Positions 23,829 through 37,595 of a DNA stretch of 64,000 nucleotides are shown here, in pieces; the stretch's first letter is position 1; the number at the start of each line of letters is the position of its first letter. The stretch spans positions 20,894,001-20,958,000 of the forward strand of contig NC_135260.1 in assembly GCF_964204865.1 (NCBI RefSeq). The letters are read 5' to 3'. Source of the DNA: Styela clava. Its lineage: Eukaryota. The notes under the pieces were generated by a model. That model did not search any database and had not been told where the DNA came from. It saw nothing but the letters and a program-made list of their open reading frames with translations. The translations under genes were made by a program, and so were the position numbers.

Positions 23829-24744
23829 TAAAAAAATAATGCCAACGATTAATTTCTTTATATTCAGTTTGTCTTCATAATAAATTCTATAAAGAGATAT
23901 TCTATACCAAAAATTGTATTGTTGTAAATTGTTCTACAGGAGCATCAATTTTTTGTGTAGTAAAAGTTGTGGAAATAAATATAATCGAGATTACATGTTT
24001 GTCTGAAAATCATTTACGCGTATGTGGGAGTTGTGGTGACTTAATGGGCGTAAATGTGCAATCATTTTTTTGTATTTGTGTAGATCAAATTTCTTTTGCT
24101 TCGAAACTAACATTTTTTTTTCTTTTATAGCATGTTCAAAAAATGGTATTCAATCGATACTTGGAAACCACAATAATACAGAATTCTTTTTTGAACATAT
24201 AATTTGAAACAACACTATAAATCAGCATCAAATCAATTAACCGTCACAGTCCTTATAGCTCTAAAACGTGAGAAAGTGTCAACCGGTCATCTCTTCCGAT
24301 GCGCATTGGAGAACGAGGAGGTTTATCATTGTTGTTGTGAAAATCCTATTTGACTCCAAACCATTAATGAGCAAACTGTTTCTTACTTGAGAGACAAAAT
24401 GCAGAATACATTTGCTAAATTCCAATGTTTAAATACAAAGTCGAGTATAAGGTTATTGGTAATCTATTTGAATATTTACATAAAGTCGTGGCAAAATGTC
24501 TAAGCGTACAAAGAGTCGTGGATATGTCAGACCAATATTAAGGTGGGTATTATGAGCATAAATAAGCAAAGGTTCAAAAACGACAATTTTTTATCATAAT
24601 TGACTGACTTTTACATCTGGAGGTATACAGCAGGCGGGACTATTCTATCAAAATCATTGGTGTATTTTTAGCTCTCAGAAAATAATAACCCCTTGCTCCT
24701 TAAAACCCCTTAATTAATTTGAACCGAATAAATGAAAATAATTG

Positions 24745-24854
24745 GGTGCTCCTGAAGTATGCGGACCAAGATGTCGCATAACCTGAATCCCAACCTGGTA
24801 CACAACCTGAGTTCAGGTTGTGCGCCATCTTGGTGCGCATACTTCAGGAGGTCC
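24745..24854. mobile_element. 110-bp Merlin-type MITE (related to family A)
   Basis: Almost entirely TIR; perfect 8-bp TSD aataattg. Confidence 0.75.
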
Positions 24855-25650
24855 AATAATTGTATATTATTTTGTTGGAAGAAATGAAATCACAAGCATT
24901 ATATGTTTACCGGCAATTCACTCATATGTTAAAGGGAAATCGAGATCAAAATTGAGTATATTTAAGTGGTACAGTCACTTTGTTTCTAACCATGCTGCAT
25001 TTTCTCCAAGATTTTGTTTCTGCTAATTTCGAACTCAACGTTTTTATAATATGTCAAAAGAGCAATGCTACAGAATCTATTTTTGAACACAAAATTTTGA
25101 ACTCGATAAGCCAGATATAGGTGCATGCATACATAAGACGAGAAATAAAGCGCTTCTCCATGAGTAATCCAAGGAGTAACACATCAAGAGGTTACTCATA
25201 CGAACAAATAGTTTCATTCACTCACTCAGAAAACTACTCATTAGGTCCATTTCAATAGAACATTGCTCGGTAATTGTAATGTCTGTCTCTTATTTGCGAG
25301 AAGTTTTAGTGCAAAAGAATTAGTCGCTATTTTATTAACACCGCTAACATAAGGATTAGTGTTAAAATTAATTCTTCCGCATGAATTGGATACTCTGATA
25401 ATTAAATGTTAAAACGCCTGAATTTAAATTTGGAGTCAAATTTGAACACGTAAGTTGCTCCTCCTATAATTATTATTAGACTGATATTTCTTTATCCAAA
25501 TGTCTTCAACAGAAACTACTCATATATATCGAGCAACAGTTTTTTTTTTCTCGAGAGCTAATAGCCTTTGTTTGGAAATATTAGTAGTATTAAAAATATT
25601 AAAATATTCCTGTGAGTCATTTTTAATCTGTCATTTCTACTGGTTATACC

Positions 25651-25830
25651 CAGTAGTGGGATTCAGCCGGTTCGCGCCGGTTCTATAGAACCGTCTCCCG
25701 GAATTTTATGACATCAGCGAACCGGTTAGCTTTACTGGTTACTGTCAATGTTCTGTTTGTAACAGAACCGGCTGAAAAATATGACTTTTGTGATGGAACC
25801 GGCTGACAAAAAATTTGTATCCCATCACTG
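25651..25830. mobile_element. 180-bp hAT MITE
   Basis: CAGTAGTGGGAT / ATCCCATCACTG ends, internal GAACCGG repeats, perfect TSD gttatacc. Confidence 0.8.
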
Positions 25831-26762
25831 GTTATACCGTACACCCGGTTGAAAAGCACTGAATAAACTATGATACTTTCCCCGACCTTGACCCCGAAAA
25901 AATTCTTCCTATACTTCACCATTGCGAAATTTTCGGTGGCCATTTTAAGAATGGTTTTGCGAGTGGGCGCCTGTAAAATGGAGCATTTGTTTTAAACCAT
26001 CATTCTGATTCATAGAATTCAACAATCTGTTTTTTAAAACTACCGCTAACGAATTCTAACCTAGTCTATCACAGCTATTTCTACACTAATTTTTGATTAC
26101 TGCAATTAAACTGAAACTCCTAAGAAGACAAAGTGATCGTCGAATTTTTTGATTTATATTTAAATATCCGAAACATAACTGAAAACTAACGAATAGAATT
26201 CAAAAACGAGGTAAAGTTTACGACCACGCATGAAAATATGTCTGAGTGAGAAAAGTGTCTGAGCGGATGCGAAAGGGGGCATTGTTACGTCACTTTTTGC
26301 ATCTTGCTGATTGGCCAATGTCACGAAGTAAACAAGGAAGTCGATGCTCGGGGAAACATCCATTTGGGCTGTGATAACTCGTCACTACGTGCGGCTATGA
26401 TAATAAATCCTGTTGGCAAATATATATATACTTTTTGGCGACAATAGGTCCTATGACACATGGATGTCAATATATATGATAGGTAGTAAAATAATATAAA
26501 ATTAATTGAGGACAAATTTCAGTTATATGGTTCGAGTGGTCGAATATCACGATTAATTTAAAAATATTAGTTCAGAAATCATGCTTGTGATGATCGAGTT
26601 CGTAACGATGTTGGTATTCATTACCTATACATATATATATATTACAATTTGTCGCGTTCCATGAACAGCATGTGTTTCGAAACGAGACAATAGACCAAAA
26701 ATCACAATATAGAACTTCTCGTCTGTGGAAATCGAATAGCGACGTGCGGATATGTGAGCCTT

Positions 26763-27727
26763 TCAATGGCGAGGTTTCTTTTCAGAAATAGAGTCCAACA
26801 ATTCTGTGAACATTGTTGACACTCCATCGCCAGTCAGCGCTGAAGTTTCATAATATAGAAGTTTTCTTGATGTAGCCCATTTTCTTCCCTCTGTCGTCGC
26901 AATTGAACCGCGCTACAATGCAAAATGTTCAATTCATACCTGCGCTGACTAGGATCTTATTATTTCATATTAATTTTCCAATACGTTAATGGTCACTATC
27001 TACCCTGTATCTTTGGCAATAATCCGAACTATCTTTATATTCAGGTTGGTTTGTGAGAAATCGCACGTAGACTTACGTTGGAACGTAGATCAGCCTTGTT
27101 ACCAACCACAACAACTTTTGCTCCCATTGCGCCATGCTTTGCTATTTCCTTCAACCAGTTATCTAAAGATGAAAGATAAGCATTGTGAAGAGTCTTTGCA
27201 ATTAACGTTGTTGCATTGGTTCCAACGATAATTCGTTAAAACTTACCTAAACTTTCAAAGCTTGACGGGTTCGTTACGTCGTAGACCAAAAAGCAAGCAT
27301 CTGTGCCATTGTAAAGTTCTGTACGTACATCATAATATTGCTCGTCTCCAGAGAGGTCCCAGAGATGCACCTTCGGGTAGAAGTACAGGTAGAGACATTT
27401 GAAGTAGACAGATAAAAAATTTTGGCAACATAAACCTACTCTGTAAGGTATTCCGTTCACATTTTGAACTTTAAATCCATAGTCGACGCCGACTGTTGCG
27501 TGATAGCACTGACTGAACTTACTCTCACAAAAATGTTTTATCAGACACGTTTTTCCCACATTTGCATTTCCAATAGCAATAACTAAAAGTAAAAAATTGT
27601 ATCAGTAATAAACTATTGCGTCACTCTGATATACTTTCTCATATTTTCCACACAAACCTTTCATCCATGTTATGTTATTTACAACCTCTCTTATGTCTCG
27701 AGAAAGATGCCCTGTTTGTCTTTCCAT
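26763..27727 (-). CDS. DNAJC27: RJL-family small GTPase (DNAJC27/Rbj-like, GTPase domain only), 190 aa; exons 27727-27658, 27582-27440, 27370-27247, 27162-27077, 26912-26763
   Basis: G1 GNANVGKT, CLIKHFCESKF...TVGVDYG, G3 WDLSG with no catalytic Gln, G4 NKAD, G5 ETSAL; all junctions in phase; no J domain and no CAAX, so the symbol marks family similarity only. Confidence 0.8.
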
Positions 27728-28393
27728 TTATTTGACTGTAGTTGATACGAAATAAATTCTCTCGAATTCGATATTGCATGCGAGTTTTTTTACAGAACAA
27801 ACGAAATCGAAGGGTCGATCTCCGCATGGTGGCGCGTCGTTTTGACAACAAAACGCACGCAATCAACCGCGTCTGAAAAAGCGGCATCCCCGGCGTAGTC
27901 TATTTCAGTATAAAACGAAAACCGCTTCAATTCGGCACGAATCTATTTAGAACCCCACGTCGAGTGGGTAGGATAATTTATCATATTCTATTAATCTTTG
28001 GTATTTTTTTGTGTCAGGCGATACCATTAATACTTTTCGAATTGCCAGTGTTTCAGTGAAGTTCAACAACTGAGGCGGTAACGTTACTAAAATGGGGATT
28101 CAATATATTTGCTCGGGGTGAATTTATTAGTCGATTCTTTTCTTCAGTACATTATTGTGGTTGATATATACCGGCCTTTGCTTTAAAGCAGATTTTTAAC
28201 GTCGAACAAGACAACAGGAAAAGCATAGTCATATCAAACTTTTCATGATTATAACGGGTTGCTTACTGGCAATTATATTTATACATTGTATTGTGAGAAA
28301 TTAATTGTAACTTCGGCCATCACCTTTTATGTAAATAAAATACCATTTCAGAACATAGTTTATTTGAGGCAAAATTCCTTTAAAATTTTGAAG

Positions 28394-31300
28394 ATGGAAA
28401 ACTCAGTGAAGAAAAGTCTTATCGGAAGAAGGGGAAGTATGTTCGATGCGTCCAACGTCTTTTTAAATCGTCCAGGTTCGAGTGTCTGCACATTTGCGTG
28501 AGTAAAAATACCTGTTTGATATAGGGTTCGTAATCAGACTAATGCAATAGAATTGTCTCTCTTTTTGTTTGAATATTAGTATATCCAGCACTGTGTGTCA
28601 ACTCGTGTAAACCCACCCTTTGAGCATTTGTTAGTCCTTTATTCCTATTTGTTGGGTCATTGTTGCTGTCAGACCTGTCCTATTATTATTATTGTGCCCT
28701 TTTCAGACAGTACGCCTGTAGTATATTTTTATAGAAACTGAAGATTGAGAGCAGTTATAGCAGTTTAATTTTAAAATTAGTTGGTCGTCTGATAACAATT
28801 TTTAAAACTTGAGTTTTGTGGTCAGAGAGATTCAATTATTTTGGAGCGTTTCCGGCAGATGACATAAATATGCACAGAATATATGGTTAAATCTTTGCCA
28901 CTCAGTATCTTATCGTTGTTGTAGAGAGGATCCCTCAAGTGAGCTATTTACAACCAAAGGACAGCCAGTAAAATTCCAAAATTCATATAAAATGGAACCA
29001 GATCAAAGATTTGAAACAGGAAGGGTCGAGACAATTGCCAAGCAAATATTGACGGTGAAGTATTTTGAGAGATTTAGTACAGTAAAGTGTAAGAATATGT
29101 TACCTCCTAATCAATTGAAGAGGAAAGACTTACAAAATACATATCCATAGTATCCACTGAAGATACAGGGTGAAAAAAAATTAAAAATCCAATTGTGACA
29201 GGCGAATAAAGTCAAGTACTTGCTTCAATTCGCTCGTTATTTTTTCAATTTTATAAGTTTGACAGTGTTCGATATCTGTTAGAGATTGTGGAAAATGCTA
29301 GCTGCAAGGATTTATTCAGTCCGTCAAAAGCCCTTTCATTTCAAGCATACTTCAAATTTGTTTAACCGTTTAAACTTAAACGTACATTGACTTTTTATTA
29401 AAATAATTTATCTAATGATTCTGAGTTATTCAAGATACTTGCTGCACAATACCACAAATATATTTCTGCTCTTGTTGTGGTTAAATTGTATTTCTGAAAT
29501 ATATTTGTAGGGGAAGAATAAGCAGTTGGTCCCGCAGAAACCCAATGAATATCATTATTTGATAATTGTTAAGTATTTAGCGTGGCTGTGGTGAGACTTA
29601 CTGCACTATTTAGTAAAACGCCAGGACTGTTTTGTAGATCACGTGCTGATGATTCCCACACAAATAATTTCCATATGAAACTTCATATAAACGTTAAAGA
29701 AATAATATAAATTACACAATTGTTGTTATTACCACATACAATTGTCAACTTTTGTGCTTATTCTTTTTAATCAAATTTCAAAACATAATCATATAGCAAG
29801 ACTAACGTTCGTTTACAGGATCACTTGGAAGACATTCAATACAACGCAAATGACTGCAAGCATCAATGTAAAGTAATAGCTGACGCCCTCAAAACAGAAG
29901 TAAAAGCAATGGGATACCACAGGTAATTTTTTTTAGGTTTGAGTATAGAGGAAATAAAAGTATTGATACCATTGAATGTACGGTGGTAATCAGGCTATCG
30001 TGATTCCAAGTTGTCTATCTTGGTCGTTTAATTGATTTCTGCTGGTTTAAATTTGATCGAGCTACGTATATTTGATGTAAAGATTACCAACGAAAAATCA
30101 CTCGCTTCCCGAATACCCGGAATCGCGCCATTGTACTGAGCAGTTTGTGTATCGTGATTCTTTCCGATATTTTGATACACAACATACAGAAAATAAAATT
30201 GAAATAAAAGCAAAATGTCTGGAAATTGTACAAAAGATTGTAAATATGGTTGAAGATAGATCTGCATTGTAGTGCATTAAAACAACGACAAAATTTTTGA
30301 TAGGTGCGTACATTTCATCAGAAATGAAATGAACAGTAAAGATCCTTTGTTTTTTACCTTCATTATAGTCAGATCGCGCTAAAAACGAATGATTTGAGTT
30401 GCATCGATTTTATAATATATACTACAGTAAAAGCGTGGAGTCGTGACTTCGTGTCTGAATTATAATCACAGAAGTTGGGGACGAAAAACTGATTGTGTTA
30501 TTTTAAGTGGAGACTCCCCTATTGGACATGGCGTTCGGTATGTTTTTTTTATAAGCGTGCTTTTTATAAGCGGATAAATGAGGAACGATTTTTCCGAGCA
30601 AAGCATTGAATTTTGTGACATACTCAAAATTATTTCACACAGGTTCGGAATAGTCATACAGATATAGTGTAGGAATTAAATTTCCAACATATATTATATT
30701 TGAATTATTGATTGCAATTTTTAGTACTCCATTTTTGCGATAAATATAAAATCCTACTTTAGGTTCAGAACTCATATATATTCCATAAAATTATCACAAT
30801 TTTCAGCACCCGTAAATATCCTATTGTAGGTGAAAGGGTTGTATTATGGAATTTTAGAAGTGGCTCCTGATTGTGGTGTGTTCAACTGCAAATTATTATA
30901 ATACCGTACTTCATTGGGGCATTTCGTTGCGAATTTCAAACATTATCAGCTCTCAAATCACACTGACTTTGGTGGCTAGACACGATTCATTCTCTCTACG
31001 TCTAAGAAAGATGCCATGGATATACAACACGGCTATTGATGTTGTTTGTCGGCTTCCGGTTCGCCAGTAACTAAGAGACTAAATCTGTCGTTCGGTTACA
31101 ACTGTCTAACACAGTGATTCTCAACCTTTAAATATTTCTGCGCATCCCTGCGTTCGCCAACGTAGTTACGTACCTTTACAGTGCGGCAACACAACTTTAA
31201 TAATTTGTAATTTTGAGTTAGAATCCGGTCCCATGAAAACATGCAACAACAAAGGGACCTGTTGGATTTTCTTGGCACTAGTTTTCCCCAAATCCACTGT

Positions 31301-32555
31301 ATCATCTTCAACTCTTTAAGATTTACTAGTGTTTCTCCCATCGTGCTAGGCTTTTTGCTTAGCGATTTGTAACGTCATTTCGTAGTATTCTGAACGAATA
31401 CAGTGCTTTGTTTGTTAAATCTACTATAAGTAGGCTTTTTACTATACGTCCCGGTGGACCTAAATGTCCCGGTCATACAGTATGGCAGTTATAAATATAT
31501 TTTTATATTAAATATTAATACAAAAAAAAAATTCTCGGCGCGAGCAGATCATTCACCACTGATTTGCCACTTACTTCCGAGTGAGAGAGAACTACTAGTA
31601 TATGTTACATTAAATTATTCGAAATGCTCAGAAGGAAGTTTTCGTTTTCCAATGAGTTGAATGTTACTAAGATACTAAAATATTACTAAGTCTCGGAATC
31701 GCACCAAGGCTTGCCCAATGTCCCGTTTTTTGTTTGTTTCATAATTCATATATATGATGAGTCTAACTATAAGGGGATATTACATTCACTTCGGGTTTCT
31801 CTAATCGGCCGTTAATCCATGAATTGTTTAATCGCAATAATTATTTAAAGATATAATTATTGTATACTGGCAAGCGCATCCTTTGAGTTTGTAATACAGC
31901 GTTTAAATAATAAAAAAGTACAATTTTGGGGGACCCACTGGAAATGCTTTGAACCCCTTGAGGTAAGCGGACCCCCGATTAAGAAAATATTGCTCTCATA
32001 GAAAATATAGCGTTTAATTCTCCCTTTATTGAGATTGTAGTTTCAATAATCAATATCAACGAAACTTCGATACAGCATTATTTTGACGCTCTCTCCCTTA
32101 CCGGTTACGAAGATTCGCCATATTATATACCAACAGCAACAGATATGTATGTGTGCGTAATTTCAAATACTGTTGTTGATGTCGCCACCTATCCGTTGAG
32201 TTAATCTGATTGAGGTTTACAATACAGGCTCTGAATGAGGTATTTCATACTATATTGACTATGGGTGGGATTTCGTATAATTATTATAGAAACAGGACAC
32301 GCGATAACATTTGCGCCAATATTGAAATAATATGACTTACAAGAACATTTTCGATATCTTTTATGGCTTTACATTTTTTTACGTTTCAGGCATAAGATTA
32401 TTGTACTGGTAAATATTGGACAGATAAAAGATCAAGGAGTAAGAGTCGGTAGTAGATGTCTCTGGGACGACAAACGTGACAACTGGGCAGGAGCCAGTTT
32501 TGCTAATTCAACTCTTTGGGCAACGGCGACGATTTACGCTATTTATCACGAATGA
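28394..32555 (+). CDS. DYNLT5: Tctex1-domain dynein light chain (TCTEX1D1/DYNLT5-like), 167 aa; exons 28394-28497, 28925-29054, 29819-29922, 32390-32555
   Basis: FQNSYKMEP...RHKIIVLVNIGQIKDQGVRVGSRCLWDDKRDNWAGASFANSTLWATATIYAIYHE* is a typical Tctex-1 domain; in-phase GT-AG junctions; missed by the ORF track. Confidence 0.85.
31431..31765. mobile_element. hAT MITE (TAG...CTA type) in Tctex intron 3
   Basis: Perfect 8-bp TSD actataag; subterminal GTCCCG motifs. Confidence 0.7.
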
Positions 32556-34619
32556 TAATTGTTCACAATATTGTTGTTGATATACTACAATTTTTGGGCT
32601 ACTTAGAATAAATATAATATTTATAGGACAGAACTGCCTGGTTAATTTTGCTGTGAATTGAAAGTTACATCGTTTGACTAGGTCGGGGTTTTCCACAACA
32701 TATCCTTAAATAGGAACTTGTTCGAGGTTTCAAAAATTCAAATGATAATTCAGGACTTTGTTCAGACATAAACCAACAGCTCGTGAATTGTGAGAAATGC
32801 TTCGTTCCTTGATCCTTGACCAAAGAAAAAAGGGCGAGACAGATGAATTGGAGGACAGAGTCTATACAGAATTTGTTTATTAGGGGAATTCTATTAGTGT
32901 AAAATTTCAAGACCCCCGATGACATGTTTCGCACTCTCTTGCATACTAAGGGTTTAATTCATTTTACCTTTCTACGCTGACGGTTAACGAAAATGCTACT
33001 ACCCTCAAAAAGTTAGTCCGCTTCAGGACGACGGTGACGCGATATTGAACGATCACCAGTTGGTCGACAACTTCACGACCCCGAGATCGTCATGGGGACC
33101 AATTTAGTCGTAATTTTGATCCCCTTTCCTCGGAAGACGAACACAGTTTGGGAAACGCTGCACTAGAATAGACTATATGTTACAGTCAGCCGTGTATTTT
33201 CATGAAGATTCATAAGTAATATTAAATATCACTATAGAAAAAAACTTGTAGACCTATATACTCCATAATCACTACCCCTTTATTGTCAAAAATAGTATTA
33301 ACGTATGTATTTTAACATACGTTTCATCGAAGACAATTTTATTAAATTTTGGATCGACAACGTATTCAGAATTCCAGTTAACTATGTCTTAAACAAGTAT
33401 TACGCAAGTGTTCAGATACGGAAAATATGAAGGAATCCATTCGCTAACGTTCAAACGAGTTTTATCATATGTATAGGCATTCCTTCAAGATCTTCCGTTG
33501 GTTTATTGTTCGAGCTGAAGTTACAAAGTTTTCATTGATTTCAAATATCCGACATGCTGTGCGCTAAAAACCTGACATACTGTTCGATTCGGACATTATT
33601 TTTTTTATGCGGTCGTCGTTGGTCTGTCCCCAGGATCATTTAAATGTGATCACGGAACTACGCACAAAATTTTTATTTTGTTGACCTCATCACACAAAAC
33701 TTCGATTGAAAAACAAATTTCATGGAACCAACAGATATTTTTGAAATAAATAAAAGTATAAGGCTTCTAGCAACGACAACAAGCTGTAACCACTGACAAT
33801 TCTAAAGCAATTGGCCCAGTAGTTGGAAATAAGTACTTAGTTTCCACAACAACGATGCCACACCAAGTCGATCCATATGTCTACCTCGTGTCCAATAATA
33901 AGAGCAATCTACATGTAGGCCTACATTTCTTTTCCAAAAATTAATATTAATGCTTATATTTTAAAAATATTTAGTTATTTAGTAATGACTTATTCATAAG
34001 ATACTTCTAATCCTCACCAACGGGGATAAACCAAAACCAAGGCCGATTACCTCAATGACATGATTGTTATTCCCAAGTTTAATTCTGTAGCCTATATATA
34101 TTTATTGAGAATTTGGTGAATTGTCCATTTATTTTAATATGTTCAGCACATTAACCAGTATTTCATGTTTATGAATTGATGCAATTCGATTGTGACATTA
34201 TCACGGCTTTTGTCCATATTGAGTTACTGTATTCCGAATTCCGCCATTTGGGACTTCTATAATAACTGGCTGAATAATCCCAAACGCAAAATGAATTGGT
34301 AACCGAACGAAAGGCTGTGGTTTGTCATATGACGAAGCCGTCATCGACTCTCCTCCCCCTATATAAAAATGTTAGTTCTAATACTAATGTTTTCTTAAGA
34401 AAACCAGTCTCATTCGATTGCAGGCGTACGGCTAGTATCGGTATGTTAGTCGTTGGCTAGTATAGAATAATGCAGATATCAAGAAGAGTTGCAGTCGATT
34501 CATATCACACCTACTTCATACAGTATTATTATTAGTAAGAATAATATCTTTTTAATCAGAATTATAGCCCAATATTTTCAATTGTTTTTATCCATATTTG
34601 TTATAAAAATCGATTTGTG

Positions 34620-34800
34620 GCTTTTACTGGCGCGAAATTGAATCGTCGATGAACCGCATCATGATGTCATATCGACCTTGATCACCTGACGAAAATGGGC
34701 GATTGTCATCGCGGAAAGTTTTGAAAGACGTTTTGCTGCCTGTGCTTCTGTTTTGCTAGTCAGTTGTTGTATGCCTGGTTTTACTACGTTTTATTGCGAG
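34620..34800 (+). promoter_or_regulatory. Probable LIN54 promoter and non-coding exon 1
   Basis: CpG-rich patch, E2F site TGGCGCGAAA 34628-34637, CHR TTTGAA 34720-34725, strong donor GAG|GTAAG at 34800. Confidence 0.5.
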
Positions 34801-35769
34801 GTAAGATATATTTACATATTTTCAGAAATTTTTGCTATGGCTTTTACTTCTATACAGCAGGGCAATGTACGGTAACGGTATTCAGGTTAATAAAAATAAC
34901 GGCGGAGTGGACTATATCCAGGATATTTGCCTTTCCTGAATCCAGGAATCTGTCAATACAGCAATTGAATTCTCGTATATCTGTATATCAACAGGTCGAT
35001 ATTACTATTACAGAATATGCTCAGATATAACAAATTTTAATCAGTTTTATGTCATGCTTGGCAGGCACTTCCCGACATTTGCACTTCAGCACTTACAGAC
35101 TTAACTGCTCAGTCAATGCTGTTGTGTGGTTTATCGGATCGAATTTACATATTTGAGCCATTAAGACGACTTAATCCTATGGAAAGCCTCTCATTCGGCA
35201 GTCCGGTTACCAGTTCATGTCAGAGTGTCGGGTATCACATATCGTGGTACTGCAGTACTGTGGTACCCGTATGGCTGTACATATGCAGGTACAGAGGTAT
35301 GGGATTGTGGTGGCTGGGAGGTGAGCGTATTCCGAACGCTCAACAACATGCAGACATGCATGACATGTGCCACACCGTCGTTATTGTTGTACAGTGGGTA
35401 CGGTATGTCTTGATATCTGTAAGTGCAGAAGTGCATTGATATTTAGTAATTCAGCATCATGAGCTTGTTGGCAGAGGACAATAGTGCTAAGCATTGTTGC
35501 CTTAGGACAGTCTGACATTACTGCAGTACGAAGACTGGAAGATGCTTCTCATTCTCAGATTCTGCCTTTGCACCCCCAATTACCCAGAACTAACTTCTGG
35601 ATTTACAGGCTCGAATTTCTGAATTCCTTAATCCAGTACCGGTACCGGTACCGGTACCGGTACTGCAGTTATCATCAGTCATTCTGATATCTCAAACAGA
35701 TACCTGAACTGGCGGACTGGTAACATTATTAGGAAAGTAAATGCAGAAATGGATAGGAGGCAGTCCTAG

Positions 35770-37595
35770 TCGCCAAACTGGATTCCATGACAGGTGCACG
35801 CTCGAGGGCGCTAGCGCTCCGCAAAAATGCACGCGAGCGGATTCAAGTTTGCACACCAAAAATTTGCAATTGCTAACCAATGGAAATCGGTTAAAATGGT
35901 TTTTAAATCAATAATCTAATAATATAAAGATGCTAACAAACTGTAGCTCCACAATCAGACAATTGTTGACTACATACTGCTGTACTGGCTTGCAAGCTTT
36001 GGCCTGGTCGAAAAATGTAAAGCAAAAAAGTCCCAAGTCCATGCTTACTGAAACAAATAGCTGGCTAACTGATCCCATACTGTACCCAACAAGGACTGGT
36101 AACTGGACAAGAGGCCGTGGTTAGCCATATGATTGAGCCATCATACTTTCCTCTCCCACAAGATAAGTATGTAAATCCTAATCCTAAAAAAAAGATCTTA
36201 TTCCATAATTGCTTGCCGGTGTGGCGCATCGTGTTGAATGATAAGAATCCCATGAGAATAGTTATGGGCGAAAATATTGCCAGACTCCTTGCCGACACTG
36301 GTCACAGTGTATTCCACGTCCAATAATTTGACGCAAAAACACTCCCAAGATTAATGACAAAATATAGAAACAATGATTGGGGGTCAAAGGTCAAACGTCC
36401 ATTTTCTCTGATTCAACGTATTTTTCATCCAATAATTTTACGTTAAAACACTCATAAAATTAATGACAAAGTATATAAGTGATGTTTGGGGGTCAAACGT
36501 CCAATTTGCTCTGATATAACATATTTTTTATCCAATAATTTTATGCAGATGTACTGAACAGTGTCGGTATCTAAAGTCACACAAACACTCCCAAAATTAA
36601 TGACAAAGTATAGAAAAATGTTTGGGGGTCAAATGTCCATTTGTTCCGATTTAACATATTTTTACCCAACAATTTTATGCGGATGTACTGGACAGTATCT
36701 AAAGTCAAAGTCAGTTGCACACTGGCACATTCGTTTTGCACGCTGTGATCTATAATTGAACGCCGGGATTTCTGATTTGCATTCGGGAATTTCTGATTGC
36801 ACGCCCGATTTCTTGTGCAAAAAGGCCATAAAATCCAGACCGGCCTAGTCGTCTTACTGTCATATGATAGTATGATTAAGTCATCTTATCGACTTTCCTC
36901 TTTCTCTGAAAAATACAGTAGGGCACAGTCCTCATATTCCAAGATGTACCGACATTCGGTTCAATAAAACAAACACTCAATTTACCTTTGATACGAGGGG
37001 GTTTGGATTTCATAGCCTTTTTTTCAAAAGGAATCGGGCATGCAATCACAATCCCGGAGTGCAAACATGGCATGCCAAACTTCTGAGCACGCCTGCAAAT
37101 TTATCGAAACCGTGTGAATACCTAGATTTGCCAGCGTGAAACTGACAGAATGGTCCTATTTGAGAAGCAAACTTGAATGAACAAGTGTAGTGTTATATAA
37201 AACATTCCAACTGGGGCTTTGACACACAGTCCCGGTGACGATGTGTATTTTTGCATAGGTCAAAGGTCAATTAATCGGCACAAGCATAAAGATAACAAAA
37301 AGCCTCACGTTCCAAGAGGCCCATTTGGTTGTTAATCGCCATGGGTTTTGGCATGTTTGTAAAAGCTGAAAGTTGCGTGTTGACTATAATCGGTCAGTTT
37401 GTAATGTTAGAACCTGTTAGTACTGTTTATTGGCAACTGTTTTATTCCTTCACCCTCAATACTGTCAGATATAATGGTGAATAGTGAGCAATCACAAATA
37501 TTACGGCGTGCAAAATAAATTTTGCTCGCGTGCTTTGTCGCGTAACCCTAACATGCTCAGGCGTGCACCTGCCAGGGCCACAGAATCCAGTCTGA
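35770..37595. mobile_element. Two oppositely oriented copies of one dispersed repeat family; the left copy carries a SINE 3' end and a tandem repeat
   Basis: 35770-35880 is the reverse complement of 37480-37595; a third copy lies at about 58138-58740. Confidence 0.55.
36336..36700. repeat. Three-copy tandem repeat, unit about 110-140 bp
   Basis: AAACACTC..AA.ATTAATGACAAA.TATA...TTGGGGGTCAAA...TCCA occurs three times. Confidence 0.75.

Noticed and set aside
27675-27887. 70-aa ORF-track call at the RJL 5' end
   Set aside because: Wrong frame; exon 1 starts at ATG 27727 and splices in phase to the G1 exon
35116-35439. Three overlapping ORFs in a GTAC-rich patch
   Set aside because: Low-complexity sequence adjoining a SINE fragment in an intron; no protein signal
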